A DNA stretch of 45,978 nt, taken from positions 1 to 45,978 of IMG/VR virus record IMGVR_UViG_3300037424_000965; one strand, written 5' to 3'. Source of the DNA: a virus. Its lineage: Duplodnaviria; Caudoviricetes. Below the pieces are notes generated by a model. The model did no database searches and was not told where the DNA came from. It saw only the letters and a program-made list of their open reading frames with translations. This document shows, in pieces, positions 15,785 to 24,931 of this stretch. Position 1 is the first letter of the stretch. Each line of letters opens with the position of its first letter. Both the position numbers and the translations under genes were made by a program.

Positions 15785-16723
15785 ATGAGTCACATGATAG
15801 AGACGATGGCTTACGCAGGCGAGACCCCGTGGCACGGCCTTGGAGTCAAGGTGGACGAGGCGATGACCAGCGCCGACGCAATCAGGCTCGCCGGTCTGGA
15901 CTGGGACGTCGAGCAGTCCCCGGTCTCCGTGAACGGCGCCGAGGTCAAGGGCTGGATGGCCAACGTACGTAGTACGGACAAGAGCGTGCTCGGGATCACG
16001 TCGGACAGGTACGTGCCGGTGCAGAACCGCGACGCGTTCGACTTCACCGACGCCATGATCGGTGAGGGCGCCCGCTATGAGACTGCCGGGTCCCTCAAGG
16101 AGGGCAGGCTGGTCTGGCTCCTGGCGCTCATCGGACAGCGGAAGGTCCTGGGCGACGACGTGAGGCAGTACCTCACCTTTGCCACGGGGCACGATGGGAA
16201 GACCCCAGTGCGCGTGTTCGATACCAACACCCGCGTGATGTGCAACAACACCTACCAGCTGGCCCTGAACTCCGCCAAGCGGGTCTGGACCTTTGAGCAC
16301 TCCTCCGGCGTGATGGACCGGCTCCGGGCCTTCCGCGAGACCATGGAGAACGCTAAGGACTACATGGACGGGCTCGAGGCTAAGGCCGCCGAGCTCTTCG
16401 CCCAGAAGGTGGACGGGGCGGCGCTGGACAGGATACTCGACCAGGTGTTCGGAGACGAGGACTCCTTTAAGGACCAGCCCATGAAGGCCAGCCGGATAGT
16501 GGCGCTCAAGGGCCGCCTCGTGAAGGTGTACGAGCGGACCGATGACCTCCAGAACATGCGCGGGACCGCGTGGGGCGTCTATAACGCGTTCGCCGACCTT
16601 GCGGCTCACTCAAGACCTACATTTAACACCCCAAATGCTAAGGAGCGCAGATGGCTCTCTTACATTGAGGGCAACCAGCTCCTCAAGTCTGCCCAGAAGG
16701 CCATCGAGGCGGTGGCGGCGTGA
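15785..16723 (+). CDS. DUF932/TIGR03299-family phage/plasmid protein
   Basis: ETPWHGLG, AGLDW.V, YVPVQN..AF.F, YETAGSLKEG, RVMCNNT, GTAWG.YNA; start moved to ATG 15785 after RBS. Confidence 0.88.
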   Translation: MSHMIETMAYAGETPWHGLGVKVDEAMTSADAIRLAGLDWDVEQSPVSVNGAEVKGWMANVRSTDKSVLGITSDRYVPVQNRDAFDFTDAMIGEGARYETAGSLKEGRLVWLLALIGQRKVLGDDVRQYLTFATGHDGKTPVRVFDTNTRVMCNNTYQLALNSAKRVWTFEHSSGVMDRLRAFRETMENAKDYMDGLEAKAAELFAQKVDGAALDRILDQVFGDEDSFKDQPMKASRIVALKGRLVKVYERTDDLQNMRGTAWGVYNAFADLAAHSRPTFNTPNAKERRWLSYIEGNQLLKSAQKAIEAVAA

Positions 16724-16890
16724 ACGTCGTCTACTTCAAGGTCGTCAAGACCGTCCGGTCCCGCTACGGGTTCACCGAGAGGGTAGAGGAGGAGCGACGG
16801 CGGTGCACCGATGAGGAGCTGGAAGGCGTGGTCGCCCAGTTCAGGTCGAGGTACGAGGTGATAGAGGTCAAGATCGTAAGGATCGGCTGA
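16720..16890 (+). CDS. Small hypothetical protein (56 aa, below ORF-track cutoff)
   Basis: GTGA-coupled; MNVVYFKVVKTVRSRYGF...IVRIG*. Confidence 0.55.
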   Translation: MNVVYFKVVKTVRSRYGFTERVEEERRRCTDEELEGVVAQFRSRYEVIEVKIVRIG

Positions 16891-17081
16891 TCGGCGGCCA
16901 CCGGAGACACCCGCCTGATGCTGATGTACACGGCCGACGGCGAGATTTAAGGCGCCGATTTTAAGGATTCGGAGCACCTTGCCGCGTTTATTCGGCATAT
17001 CAAGACGTTAGGGAAACTCGGAATGCCGGGCGGTCTGGAAGGGCCTATCGCGCAATTGGCGCTATTCGAATAGGAGGAACC

Positions 17082-17357
17082 ATGGAGAAACGAGAGGTGT
17101 TGAAAGGATTCGCGATAGTTGTCGCGGATCGCGGATTCGTGTACGCGGGAAACGTTGAATCTGACGAACGGTTCTGCGTAGTTGAAAACGCTCGCAACGT
17201 CCGCAAATGGGGAACGACGAAAGGGCTCGGACAACTCGCTCTTGAGGGCCCGACCGCCGAAACGGTGCTTGACGAAGTCGGAACCGTGCGAATCCCGGCG
17301 CGGGCGGTGATCAGCATCATTGATTCAGAGGCCGCTAAGTGGCCGCGCTTGAAGTAA
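17082..17357 (+). CDS. DUF6948-like small phage protein
   Basis: ADRGFVYAG...NARNVRKWGTTKGLGQLALEGP; AGGAGG RBS. Confidence 0.75.
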   Translation: MEKREVLKGFAIVVADRGFVYAGNVESDERFCVVENARNVRKWGTTKGLGQLALEGPTAETVLDEVGTVRIPARAVISIIDSEAAKWPRLK

Positions 17358-17548
17358 CGCTGGACGGCTCCGGCTACGGCTCCGGCTACGGCTCCGGCTA
17401 CGGCTCCGGCTACGGCTCCGGCTACGGCTCCGGCTACGGCTACGGCTACGGCTCCGGCTACGGCGACGGCGACGGCTACGGCTACGGCGACGGCTACGGC
17501 GACGGCTCCGGCGACGGCTACGGCGACGGCGACGGCGACGGCTGGTAA
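17339..17548 (+). CDS. Gly-Ser/Tyr/Asp repeat peptide
   Basis: (GS/GY/GD)n ORF overlapping the DUF6948-like gene end. Confidence 0.55.
   Translation: MAALEVTLDGSGYGSGYGSGYGSGYGSGYGSGYGYGYGSGYGDGDGYGYGDGYGDGSGDGYGDGDGDGW
17363..17542. repeat. 6-nt tandem repeat GGC(TCC/TAC/GAC)
   Basis: About 30 hexamer units visible directly. Confidence 0.95.
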
Positions 17549-17652
17549 GAATAAACAGGCGCCTTTCGGCGCTGAAACTAAGCAAGAAGGTCGCCTTGGA
17601 GGGCATTCTAATGACAATTACCGATACGTCATCGACGTGACCCATATTCAGG

Positions 17653-17674
17653 CGGCCCCCGGAGACGGGGGCCG
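17653..17674 (+). terminator. GC-rich hairpin with GAGA tetraloop (terminator-like)
   Basis: CGGCCCCCG-GAGA-CGGGGGCCG; weak U-tract. Confidence 0.55.
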
Positions 17675-17689
17675 GTTCATATGTAAGGG

Positions 17690-17716
17690 TTAATCGGGCA
17701 GATGCTAGGGGACACC
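17690..17716 (+). promoter_or_regulatory. Putative phage-sigma promoter TTAA-N16-GGACACC
   Basis: TTAA 17690-93, GGACAC 17710-15; shares TTAATCGGG with the 15722 site. Confidence 0.65.
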
Positions 17717-17734
17717 TACTCCTGGAGGTAACAG

Positions 17735-18184
17735 GTGAAAGACTATAAGGTAATCAGGGTTACGTTTGACAATCCCATCGGAGGGGTCAACAGGGACCGG
17801 TACGCCTTCAAGACCATACTGGACCTGAAGGCTGGTGAGAGGGTCATAGTCGAGTGCGCGACCGGTTTGCAGGTCTGTACGGTCCGCGAGGTGGACTGCA
17901 ACGCCTACCGGTCGGCGGCTACCAAGTGGGCCTTCCAGAAGGTAGACGAGGCCAGGCTCTCCTTCCTCAAGGGGAGGGACGCGGAGTACAGGAAGGCCTG
18001 GGCCCGGCGTAAGGAGCTCATCGGCCGCCTAAACGGGAAGCTTGAGGCCCAGGAGTCCTGGGATATGTACATGAAGCTGGCCGCATCAGACCCCGAGGCC
18101 AGGGACATGCTTAGGGAGCTCCGCGACATCGAGGCCCTCGGGTGCACCTCGCGCAACATCGAATACATCTTTGAGGCTAAGTAG
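17735..18184 (+). CDS. Hypothetical phage protein (SH3-like N-terminus, helical C-terminus)
   Basis: YAFKT..DLKAGERVIVE; GGAGG RBS. Confidence 0.65.
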   Translation: MKDYKVIRVTFDNPIGGVNRDRYAFKTILDLKAGERVIVECATGLQVCTVREVDCNAYRSAATKWAFQKVDEARLSFLKGRDAEYRKAWARRKELIGRLNGKLEAQESWDMYMKLAASDPEARDMLRELRDIEALGCTSRNIEYIFEAK

Positions 18185-18592
18185 GTGGACCGGATGAGCC
18201 CGGAGGCCAGGTCGCGCGTGATGCGCGCGATCCGGTCCAGGTGGACCCGGCAGGAGAGGCTCTTTGCCTCCCTCTGCTCCGGGTGGGAGCGCGGGACGCG
18301 GGAGGAGAGGAACGCCGACTTCGTGTTCCCGCTCGCCCGCGTGGCCGTCTTCCTTGACGGCGACTTCTGGCACGGCCGGAACGTCCCGGACTCCCTCCCG
18401 GCGAGGTGGAAGGAGAAGCTGGCCCGGAACTCGGCCCGCGACTCCGTGAGCCGCGCCTGGCTGGAGGGGCAGGGGTGGGAGGTCGTGTCGGTCTGGGAGT
18501 CTGACTTCACGTCCGACCCGGAAGGGTGGGTATCTGAGGTCATGTCTAAGGTAGAGGCGCTCGAGGAGTGCAGGAGGGTGTGGAATACATGA
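18185..18592 (+). CDS. vsr: Vsr-like (very short patch repair) endonuclease
   Basis: SPEARSRVMRAIRS, ADFVFP, VFLDGDFWHG, WKEKLARN..RD, GWEVVSVWE. Confidence 0.85.
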   Translation: MDRMSPEARSRVMRAIRSRWTRQERLFASLCSGWERGTREERNADFVFPLARVAVFLDGDFWHGRNVPDSLPARWKEKLARNSARDSVSRAWLEGQGWEVVSVWESDFTSDPEGWVSEVMSKVEALEECRRVWNT

Positions 18593-18861
18593 GCAGGGAT
18601 GATTATTCATCGGCGGTTACTGCAGTATGCTTCGGCATGATCTTAGCGTTGATGATGGGGCTATGCACGTTCGGCGGTAGTGGGAACGCCAGGCCCCTGA
18701 TAAGGGACGTGTCCGTGCGTACGTTCGATTCCATGGACGGGCCTGTGATCGTCTACAGGTACTCGGTAGGCGGGATCGACTCGGTGGTCGAGCTGAGCGG
18801 CGACGGGGCACTGGCCGAGTATAGGGAGTACCTCTCAAGGTTCGGGAGGTTTGACAGGTGA
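18589..18861 (+). CDS. Small membrane-anchored protein
   Basis: N-terminal hydrophobic segment; ATGA coupling at 18589. Confidence 0.6.
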   Translation: MSRDDYSSAVTAVCFGMILALMMGLCTFGGSGNARPLIRDVSVRTFDSMDGPVIVYRYSVGGIDSVVELSGDGALAEYREYLSRFGRFDR

Positions 18862-19337
18862 CGTCCGTCATAGTAGATGGGCATAGGGTCCAGGTGGACC
18901 CACAGGACGTCCCGGCCGTACTCTCCCTGAGGCTCAGGGTGGTAGACAAGACCAGGCATAGGAAGGTTAAGCTGTACGTGGAGCATTGCACTAGGGAGGG
19001 CGGCAGGATGGTACACAGGGCCCTCCATAGGATACTGCTTGGGGTCAGTGATCCTGACATACTGGTAGACCACAGGGACGGTGACGGTTTGAACTGCAGG
19101 AGGTCGAACCTCCGAGAGACGGACCGTATGGGAAACTCCCAGAACGCGTCCATCCGTGCGGACAATACGAGCGGGTACCGTGGGGTCACCTTGCGGTCGC
19201 CGGGTAGGTGGCAGGCGTCGATCCAGTGTAAGGGGGTCAGGAGATATCTCGGCTCGTTCTCATCCCCGGAGATTGCCGGTGAGGCGTACGTCGTTGCGGC
19301 ACGTAGGCTCCATGGCGCTTTCATGCGGGTAAGGTGA
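18858..19337 (+). CDS. HNH-AP2 homing endonuclease
   Basis: VDHRDGDGLNCRRSNLR, NTSGYRGV, WQASI, YLGSF....A.EAY..AA..LHG.F. Confidence 0.9.
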   Translation: MTSVIVDGHRVQVDPQDVPAVLSLRLRVVDKTRHRKVKLYVEHCTREGGRMVHRALHRILLGVSDPDILVDHRDGDGLNCRRSNLRETDRMGNSQNASIRADNTSGYRGVTLRSPGRWQASIQCKGVRRYLGSFSSPEIAGEAYVVAARRLHGAFMRVR

Positions 19338-19349
19338 AAGGAGTAAACT

Positions 19350-19496
19350 ATGTCGTATAAAACCGTAAAGCAGGAAGGCCCAGACTGGCTACCGAGAGCG
19401 GTAGTTTGCAGGGTGGACCGACTTAAATGTCTCGGGAATTCGATTGTCCCTCAAATTGCAGAAATGATTTTTAGGGAAATAAAGGAGGCGATATGA
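19350..19496 (+). pseudogene. 48-aa ORF containing only C-terminal motif X of a C5-cytosine methyltransferase
   Basis: Manual translation MSYKTVKQEGPDWLPRAVVCRVDRLKCLGNSIVPQIAEMIFREIKEAI*; AAGGAG RBS. Confidence 0.6.
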
Positions 19497-19969
19497 CCGA
19501 CGCTGAGAAGCTGGGAAAGGCGCGAGAGGCGCTGGAACTTGCACGAGAAGGATTGTCGTCATCTAAATACGACCATGTTATCCAAGGTGAAATAGATGCC
19601 GCCATTTCCATCCTCTCCACCTCCTCTAATCCGTTGCCGATTGACCGGGATGTGGCGGAGAAGTTTTGCAAAACGGTAAAAGTTATCCAGCAGGTCGAAG
19701 TAAACGGCGTTAAAAAACCAGATGAAATAAGATACCCCTTCGATACGCTTGACAACATAGAAAATATGACAATGTTTCTTATGCGGCACCGTGAAGCGGC
19801 TGTCAAAGCGGAAGGGGAACGATTTGTTACATTATTTAACGCGGCTCTTGACGCTTCTACGAATAAGTTGAGAGCGTCTGATAAATCGTTACATTTGGTT
19901 ATGTCAGACCCATTTTGTAACCGTATGAGTAAAAGTATTTTAGCCCTCATGCAAGGAGACGGGAAATGA
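19493..19969 (+). CDS. Hypothetical protein (AT-rich island)
   Basis: AAGGAGG RBS, ATGA coupling. Confidence 0.6.
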   Translation: MTDAEKLGKAREALELAREGLSSSKYDHVIQGEIDAAISILSTSSNPLPIDRDVAEKFCKTVKVIQQVEVNGVKKPDEIRYPFDTLDNIENMTMFLMRHREAAVKAEGERFVTLFNAALDASTNKLRASDKSLHLVMSDPFCNRMSKSILALMQGDGK

Positions 19970-20184
19970 TAGTGAAAGACAAAAACTTAAAGAAACTGAT
20001 TAACGTTTCCAGAAAAGAATGTCCAACATTCGACTGTTATTGGCCTAGGGTTAATCCAGGTATTTTTAATCAAGGTATTGGTTATCGGTCTTTTGGTGAT
20101 AAGCGCGACAAAGAGTGGCTATGTGGTAGCCGTGAAATTGACGGATGCCCGAAAAATCCGAAAGTGAAAGGAGACGGGAAATGA
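19966..20184 (+). CDS. Small Cys-containing hypothetical protein
   Basis: Bracketed by 17-nt direct repeat that supplies RBS and start. Confidence 0.65.
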   Translation: MIVKDKNLKKLINVSRKECPTFDCYWPRVNPGIFNQGIGYRSFGDKRDKEWLCGSREIDGCPKNPKVKGDGK

Positions 20185-20342
20185 GCCGCGCTCGTAAACA
20201 TTGCACTCATCCAGAAAACGTCGAGTGCCTATCAGGGTACAACGGAGATTGTCTCAACTTGGGTCCGTGTCATAACCGTGATGAGTACGCGGGTAAAGGG
20301 CGGATCAAGAAAGCGCCGGAATATGGGAGGGTTAGGAAATGA
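20181..20342 (+). CDS. Small Cys/His-rich hypothetical protein
   Basis: Start at ATGA 20181 after AAGGAG. Confidence 0.55.
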   Translation: MSRARKHCTHPENVECLSGYNGDCLNLGPCHNRDEYAGKGRIKKAPEYGRVRK

Positions 20343-20605
20343 GCGAACCGAAAACCTGCGAGACGTGCGGAAGTGGCGGAAACGCTAAAGATGGACGGTT
20401 TGATAGTGGAAGCTCAGAAAATAATATACGGTCCGATTGGGTACTCGAATATTGGGTTAAGACTAGACATCGCCCACGCCGCCCACGAAGCAAGGAGGAA
20501 AGGATGAGCGATGAGTGCCGAAAGGCGTTTGAAGAGTGGGCGTTTGAAAATAAGAATGATATATACTTGACGATATACATCAAGCGGTGTTATACTTTAG
20601 GGTGA
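20339..20605 (+). CDS. Hypothetical protein, possibly fused remnants
   Basis: CETC N-terminus; internal AAGGAGG RBS before MSDECRK. Confidence 0.4.
   Translation: MSEPKTCETCGSGGNAKDGRFDSGSSENNIRSDWVLEYWVKTRHRPRRPRSKEERMSDECRKAFEEWAFENKNDIYLTIYIKRCYTLG
20567..20596 (+). promoter_or_regulatory. sigma70-type promoter for packaging operon
   Basis: TTGACG(20567-72)-18 nt-TATACT(20591-96) with extended TG. Confidence 0.6.
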
Positions 20606-21159
20606 TGGAAAGTATCAAGGAACCCAGGGCGCCAGCCAAGAAGACGTGGACTCAGTTTGCACAGTTTTACATAGAACAGGACTTTAGGGACGCCATGAGG
20701 GCCTATCTCAGGGCGTTCAAGCGCTGTAAGTCGGAGCACGCGGCCAGGGTTAGGTCGACGAAGCTCCTGGCGCGCCCCGAGGTACAGGACATTGTATCTA
20801 AGGAGCTTGAGAGGGTCCTGGCCGAGAATAGGCGCCCCATAGAGAAGCGCGTATTTGATGTATGGACGGTACGCGCGTTTTATGATCCAACCGACATCTT
20901 AAACTTAGACGGTACCTTAAAGATAACTGAGGAGGAGCTTCGCGAGAAGGGCCTTCACGTCTGTATAGACTCGATAGTGCGTAAGGTGACGCAGTTTGCA
21001 ACTACCGTTGAATATAAGCTTGCAGACAGGGACGAGGCACTGGGGATGCTCCAGCAGTACGTCCAGATGATCAAGCCGCAGACACAGCGGCACGTGGTGT
21101 CAGGGTCCATAGTGACGTACATACCGGATAACGGCCGGGGAGAGGGGAGGAGGGATTGA
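20605..21159 (+). CDS. terS: Terminase small subunit
   Basis: FAQFYI...AMRAY...STKLLARPEV, AFYDPTD, YKLADRDEALGML; precedes terL. Confidence 0.85.
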   Translation: MESIKEPRAPAKKTWTQFAQFYIEQDFRDAMRAYLRAFKRCKSEHAARVRSTKLLARPEVQDIVSKELERVLAENRRPIEKRVFDVWTVRAFYDPTDILNLDGTLKITEEELREKGLHVCIDSIVRKVTQFATTVEYKLADRDEALGMLQQYVQMIKPQTQRHVVSGSIVTYIPDNGRGEGRRD

Positions 21160-22547
21160 CCGAGATACGCCCGCAGTCAGGCCCGCAGGAGCAGTTCCTG
21201 TCCTCGCCCGCCGACATAGCGATTTACGGCGGGGCGGCTGGTGGCGGGAAGACGTACGCCCTGCTCATGGAGCCGCTCAGGCACGTCGGGAACGGGGACT
21301 TCGGGGCAGTATACTTCCGCCGTACGATGCCGCAGATAACCTCGGAGGGCGGGGCTTGGGATAAGTCGTACGACCTGTATGGGAGCGCGGGAGCCACGAT
21401 GATCCAATCCCCGAACCTACAGGCGCAGTTCCCGTCCGGGGCGAAGGTAAGCTACAGCCAGCTACAGTATGAGGACTCAGTCCATAATTGGCAGTCCTCA
21501 CAGATACCGTTGATACTCATGGACGAGCTGACGCAGTTTACCAGGCGCCAGTTCTTCTATATGCTGAGCCGTAACCGCTCCACGTGCGGGGTGAGCGGGT
21601 ACCTCAGGGCGGCGACGAACCCCGACCCCGACTCTTGGGTCAAGGAGTTCATCTCCTGGTGGCTGGACCCGGAGACCGGGTACGCGATACCCGAGAGGTC
21701 CGGTATAATTAGGTGGTTCGCCAGGCTTGATGATGAGATCGTCTGGGCTGGCTCAAGGGAGGAGCTCCTCTCGATTGACCCCAGGGCTAAGAACCCCATG
21801 TCCGTAACCTTCATACCCTCCGACGTGTATGACAACAAGATCATGCTCGGCTTGGACCCGTCGTACATATCGAAGCTTGAGTCGCTGCCGAGGTGGGAGA
21901 GGGAGAGGCTGCTCGGCGGTAACTGGAACTCGCGGCCGAGCGCCGGTACCATATTCTCAAGGTCAGACTTTAAGGTGGTGGACGTCACCCCCAGGGCCGA
22001 GGCTACCGTCAGGTACTGGGACAGGGCAGCGACGGAGCCGTCCGAGGCCAGCCCGGACCCGGACTGGACTGCAGGCGTGAGTATAAGCAGGTGCGCCGAT
22101 GGCCTGTTTTACATAAACGACGTCGACAGGTTCAGGGCCAGGCCGCTTGGGGTGAAGGTAAGGATAAGGGCCGTGGCGTCCCAGGACGGGCGCGCCACGG
22201 ACATAGGGATAGAGCAGGACCCAGGGTCGGCCGGGGTCTCGGAGGCGGACGACCTCGTATTGTCCCTGGCCGGGTACAGCGTGAGGGCCTATAGGCCCAC
22301 CGGATCGAAGGTCAACAGGTGGAAGCCCCTGTCCGCGCAGGCCCAGGCCGGTAACGTCCTCCTCGCCCGTGGCCCCTGGAACGAGGCCTTCATATCGGAG
22401 CTTTGCGCGCTTACCGACAGCCCCGGCGACTACGGGCATGACGACCAGGCGGACGCTGCGGCGGGGGCGTTTAACGCGCTGCAGTCCGGCCCGCCCTCGA
22501 ACCCGAAGGTAGGGGCGGCGCTTGCCGCCCGCAGGAGGCCAAGTTGA
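21156..22547 (+). CDS. terL: Terminase large subunit
   Basis: YGGAAGGGKT, DELTQF, ATNPD, YWDRAAT, DWTAGV, HDDQADA. Confidence 0.96.
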   Translation: MTEIRPQSGPQEQFLSSPADIAIYGGAAGGGKTYALLMEPLRHVGNGDFGAVYFRRTMPQITSEGGAWDKSYDLYGSAGATMIQSPNLQAQFPSGAKVSYSQLQYEDSVHNWQSSQIPLILMDELTQFTRRQFFYMLSRNRSTCGVSGYLRAATNPDPDSWVKEFISWWLDPETGYAIPERSGIIRWFARLDDEIVWAGSREELLSIDPRAKNPMSVTFIPSDVYDNKIMLGLDPSYISKLESLPRWERERLLGGNWNSRPSAGTIFSRSDFKVVDVTPRAEATVRYWDRAATEPSEASPDPDWTAGVSISRCADGLFYINDVDRFRARPLGVKVRIRAVASQDGRATDIGIEQDPGSAGVSEADDLVLSLAGYSVRAYRPTGSKVNRWKPLSAQAQAGNVLLARGPWNEAFISELCALTDSPGDYGHDDQADAAAGAFNALQSGPPSNPKVGAALAARRRPS

Positions 22548-23956
22548 GCAGTACGAGAGGAAGGTTCTCATGGCTATTCTCCAGGGAGGAGGAGCCGACT
22601 AAGAGGTACCCGCCCAGGCCGAACCGCCGAGACATGACCGCCGGGATGGTCTCGAATGAGGACATGCTCAGGGGCCTGTACCACGGGACGTGGCAGGGCC
22701 TGCAGTTCGCCTCCCCGTTGGCGTTCACCCCGATACAGGTGCCGGTAAACATGATGGGAGTGCCCACCCCCAAGAGCGACGACGGGGCGACGCAGGCCGC
22801 CCTGGACCTCATCACCCTGCAGATGGCCGACGGGATGACCAAGCTCCATAGGTCCGCCCTGCTCGTCGGTACCGCCTGGAGGTGGCCCAGGTATGACCGC
22901 GTCACGTCCTCCCTGATATGGGAGCCCATACCTGACCCCTCGGTCTGCGACGTCCTGGCTGACGTAAACACTGGGGCCGTCAGGGCGGTACTCACCGACG
23001 AGAGTATCATACTGTCGGTAGCCCAGAACGTTAACGTATCCTCCCGCAGGTACCGCAGGTTTGACCGGGACGCCGTCTCGGTAAGGTGGGAGGGCAGCAG
23101 GCCGGAGGGCGCCGAGGACTACCGGTCGGTCAACGTGTCCGGGGCGCTACCCATACCGTTCGCCCATGACGCCGACGAGCTTGAGGTCCGGGGCCACTCG
23201 GCCCTGTCCAGGATGATCAGGGACCTCAAGGATTACCACGACATCGACTACATGCGCTCCGAGATACTTACCAAGTTCAGGCCCAAGCAGTTACAGGAGG
23301 TCGACGACGTCGGCAAGTGGATGCAGAACAACCTGGGGACGGACAGTCCGGAAGCTATAACCGGGTATGACGTCGCCGGGAACGACCTCATATTGAACAG
23401 GCACGGGATGGAGTCCACGGAGTTTGCCTACCTCCCGGAGGGCGCGACCGCCCCGCATGAGAAGGCCCTCGCCACTAAGTACCTCAAGATATTTGAGGGG
23501 TCGGGCATCCCGGAGATGTTCTGGGGAGGCCTGGCGACCGGGAACCACGCTACCGCCGAGGTGCAGATGCAGCAGGCAGTGTCCTACGTCGACCAGGTGC
23601 GCAGGCAGTTTACCCAGCCGTACAAGGAGCTGTACTCCGCGTCCCTCAGGCTCGTCGAGGTCGCTACCATGTCCAGCTTCAAGCCGTTTACCGTAAAGTG
23701 GAATGACCTCGAGTCGGTAAGCGCCGACGTGAAGTCCCAGGTGTTCGGGAGGTTCGCCCAGGCGGTGGCCGCCATGGCCGCGTCCGGCACGATCACGAAG
23801 GACCAGGTTCGGACGCTGTGGGAGATGAACTACCCGAGCTCCAGACCGGGCGACAAGGCCGAGTTTGAGGCCGGGATCAAGGACATGGCCCAGTTTCAGC
23901 AGTTCCTCAAGATGGACTACTTCTCCGGCCTGTCCGACCGGGGCGGGGACAGGTGA
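22544..23956 (+). CDS. Portal protein
   Basis: 470 aa directly after terL; SGIPEMFWG...NHATAE motif. Confidence 0.8.
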   Translation: MSSTRGRFSWLFSREEEPTKRYPPRPNRRDMTAGMVSNEDMLRGLYHGTWQGLQFASPLAFTPIQVPVNMMGVPTPKSDDGATQAALDLITLQMADGMTKLHRSALLVGTAWRWPRYDRVTSSLIWEPIPDPSVCDVLADVNTGAVRAVLTDESIILSVAQNVNVSSRRYRRFDRDAVSVRWEGSRPEGAEDYRSVNVSGALPIPFAHDADELEVRGHSALSRMIRDLKDYHDIDYMRSEILTKFRPKQLQEVDDVGKWMQNNLGTDSPEAITGYDVAGNDLILNRHGMESTEFAYLPEGATAPHEKALATKYLKIFEGSGIPEMFWGGLATGNHATAEVQMQQAVSYVDQVRRQFTQPYKELYSASLRLVEVATMSSFKPFTVKWNDLESVSADVKSQVFGRFAQAVAAMAASGTITKDQVRTLWEMNYPSSRPGDKAEFEAGIKDMAQFQQFLKMDYFSGLSDRGGDR

Positions 23957-24924
23957 CGGAAGCCGGGTACGCAAGCGCGTACTCGCTGGTGAGGCTCAAG
24001 GCCGGAAGGCTCGACATGGAGTCGATGTCCAGGGTCAGGGCGATATACGTCGCTGCCGCAGGGGACGCGGGTAGGGTCCTGAGGTCGGCCGTGGAACGCT
24101 CCATGTCACCGCTCACCGTCGAGCGGTGGGCGCAGGTGCAGGCCGCCCTCTCCGACGCGGCCGACTCCCTGGCGAGGGCGATCGAGGAGGAGGCGGGCAG
24201 GTCCGCACTGGGCGCGGCGTCCCTCTCGACCGGCATACAGTACGCTTACGCTATGGACGCCGCCCGAGAGGCCGGTGCCGCGCTTGCGGTCAGGGGACTT
24301 AAGGGCATGGTCTCGATGGTTAACCGTAGAGTGGTCGAGGAGCTGGCCCGGAAGGTCTGGTCTGACGGGTACACGCTCTCGCAGAGGGTCTGGGACAGGG
24401 CCAGGTCAGACTGGCTGAACAGGGTAAGGACGGTACTCTCAGTGGGCCTCTCCGAGGGTAGGGACCCGGTAAAGATAGCGGCAGACCTGGGGGCGTACAC
24501 GTCCGGCGGGTCGGTCAAGCTCATAGGCAGGTGGGGTACCCTCAAGAGGGGCACCTCCGAGTTTGCGCGCAGGATACCGGGACAGATAGACTGGAGGGCT
24601 ACTAGGCTCGTCCGGTCCGAGCTGTACGCCGCTCTGCAGTCCGCCTCCGCCAGCGCGGGCGCGGTGAACCCAGGGTGTACGGGCGAGTTCGACTGGGTGC
24701 TCTCGGCCGGGCGCCAGCACTGGGACTGTACGTGCGAGGGCCTGGCGGCGGCGTCACCCTACAGCAGGGCCTCGCTGCCGGGATATCCCCACTCCAACTG
24801 CATGTGTACCGTGACCCCCAAGCTAAGGCCCAGGGGGGAGTTCGTGGCAGACCTTAAGAGGTGGGCGGGCGGTGACGGTGTGGAATACCTGGACGAGTGG
24901 GAGCGCAGCATAGAGCAGGCCTAA
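23953..24924 (+). CDS. Minor head morphogenesis protein (Mu gpF/SPP1 gp7-like)
   Basis: LSQRVW, RLVRSE, C-terminal C.C...PHSNCMC. Confidence 0.8.
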   Translation: MTEAGYASAYSLVRLKAGRLDMESMSRVRAIYVAAAGDAGRVLRSAVERSMSPLTVERWAQVQAALSDAADSLARAIEEEAGRSALGAASLSTGIQYAYAMDAAREAGAALAVRGLKGMVSMVNRRVVEELARKVWSDGYTLSQRVWDRARSDWLNRVRTVLSVGLSEGRDPVKIAADLGAYTSGGSVKLIGRWGTLKRGTSEFARRIPGQIDWRATRLVRSELYAALQSASASAGAVNPGCTGEFDWVLSAGRQHWDCTCEGLAAASPYSRASLPGYPHSNCMCTVTPKLRPRGEFVADLKRWAGGDGVEYLDEWERSIEQA

Positions 24925-24931
24925 TTGGGGG

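Noticed and set aside
16918-17073. ORF with in-frame TAA (MLMYTADGEI*GADFKDSEHL...) as sign of stop-codon recoding
   Set aside because: Isolated case; TAA, TAG and TGA all terminate conserved genes normally, so more likely a decayed gene junction
17363-17542. CRISPR array
   Set aside because: Contiguous hexamers with no unique spacers; the Cas4-like gene is a typical stand-alone phage exonuclease
17045-17645. Minus-strand Arg-Ser-repeat and Ala-Val-repeat ORFs
   Set aside because: Alternate-frame readings of the GGC-NNC hexamer array
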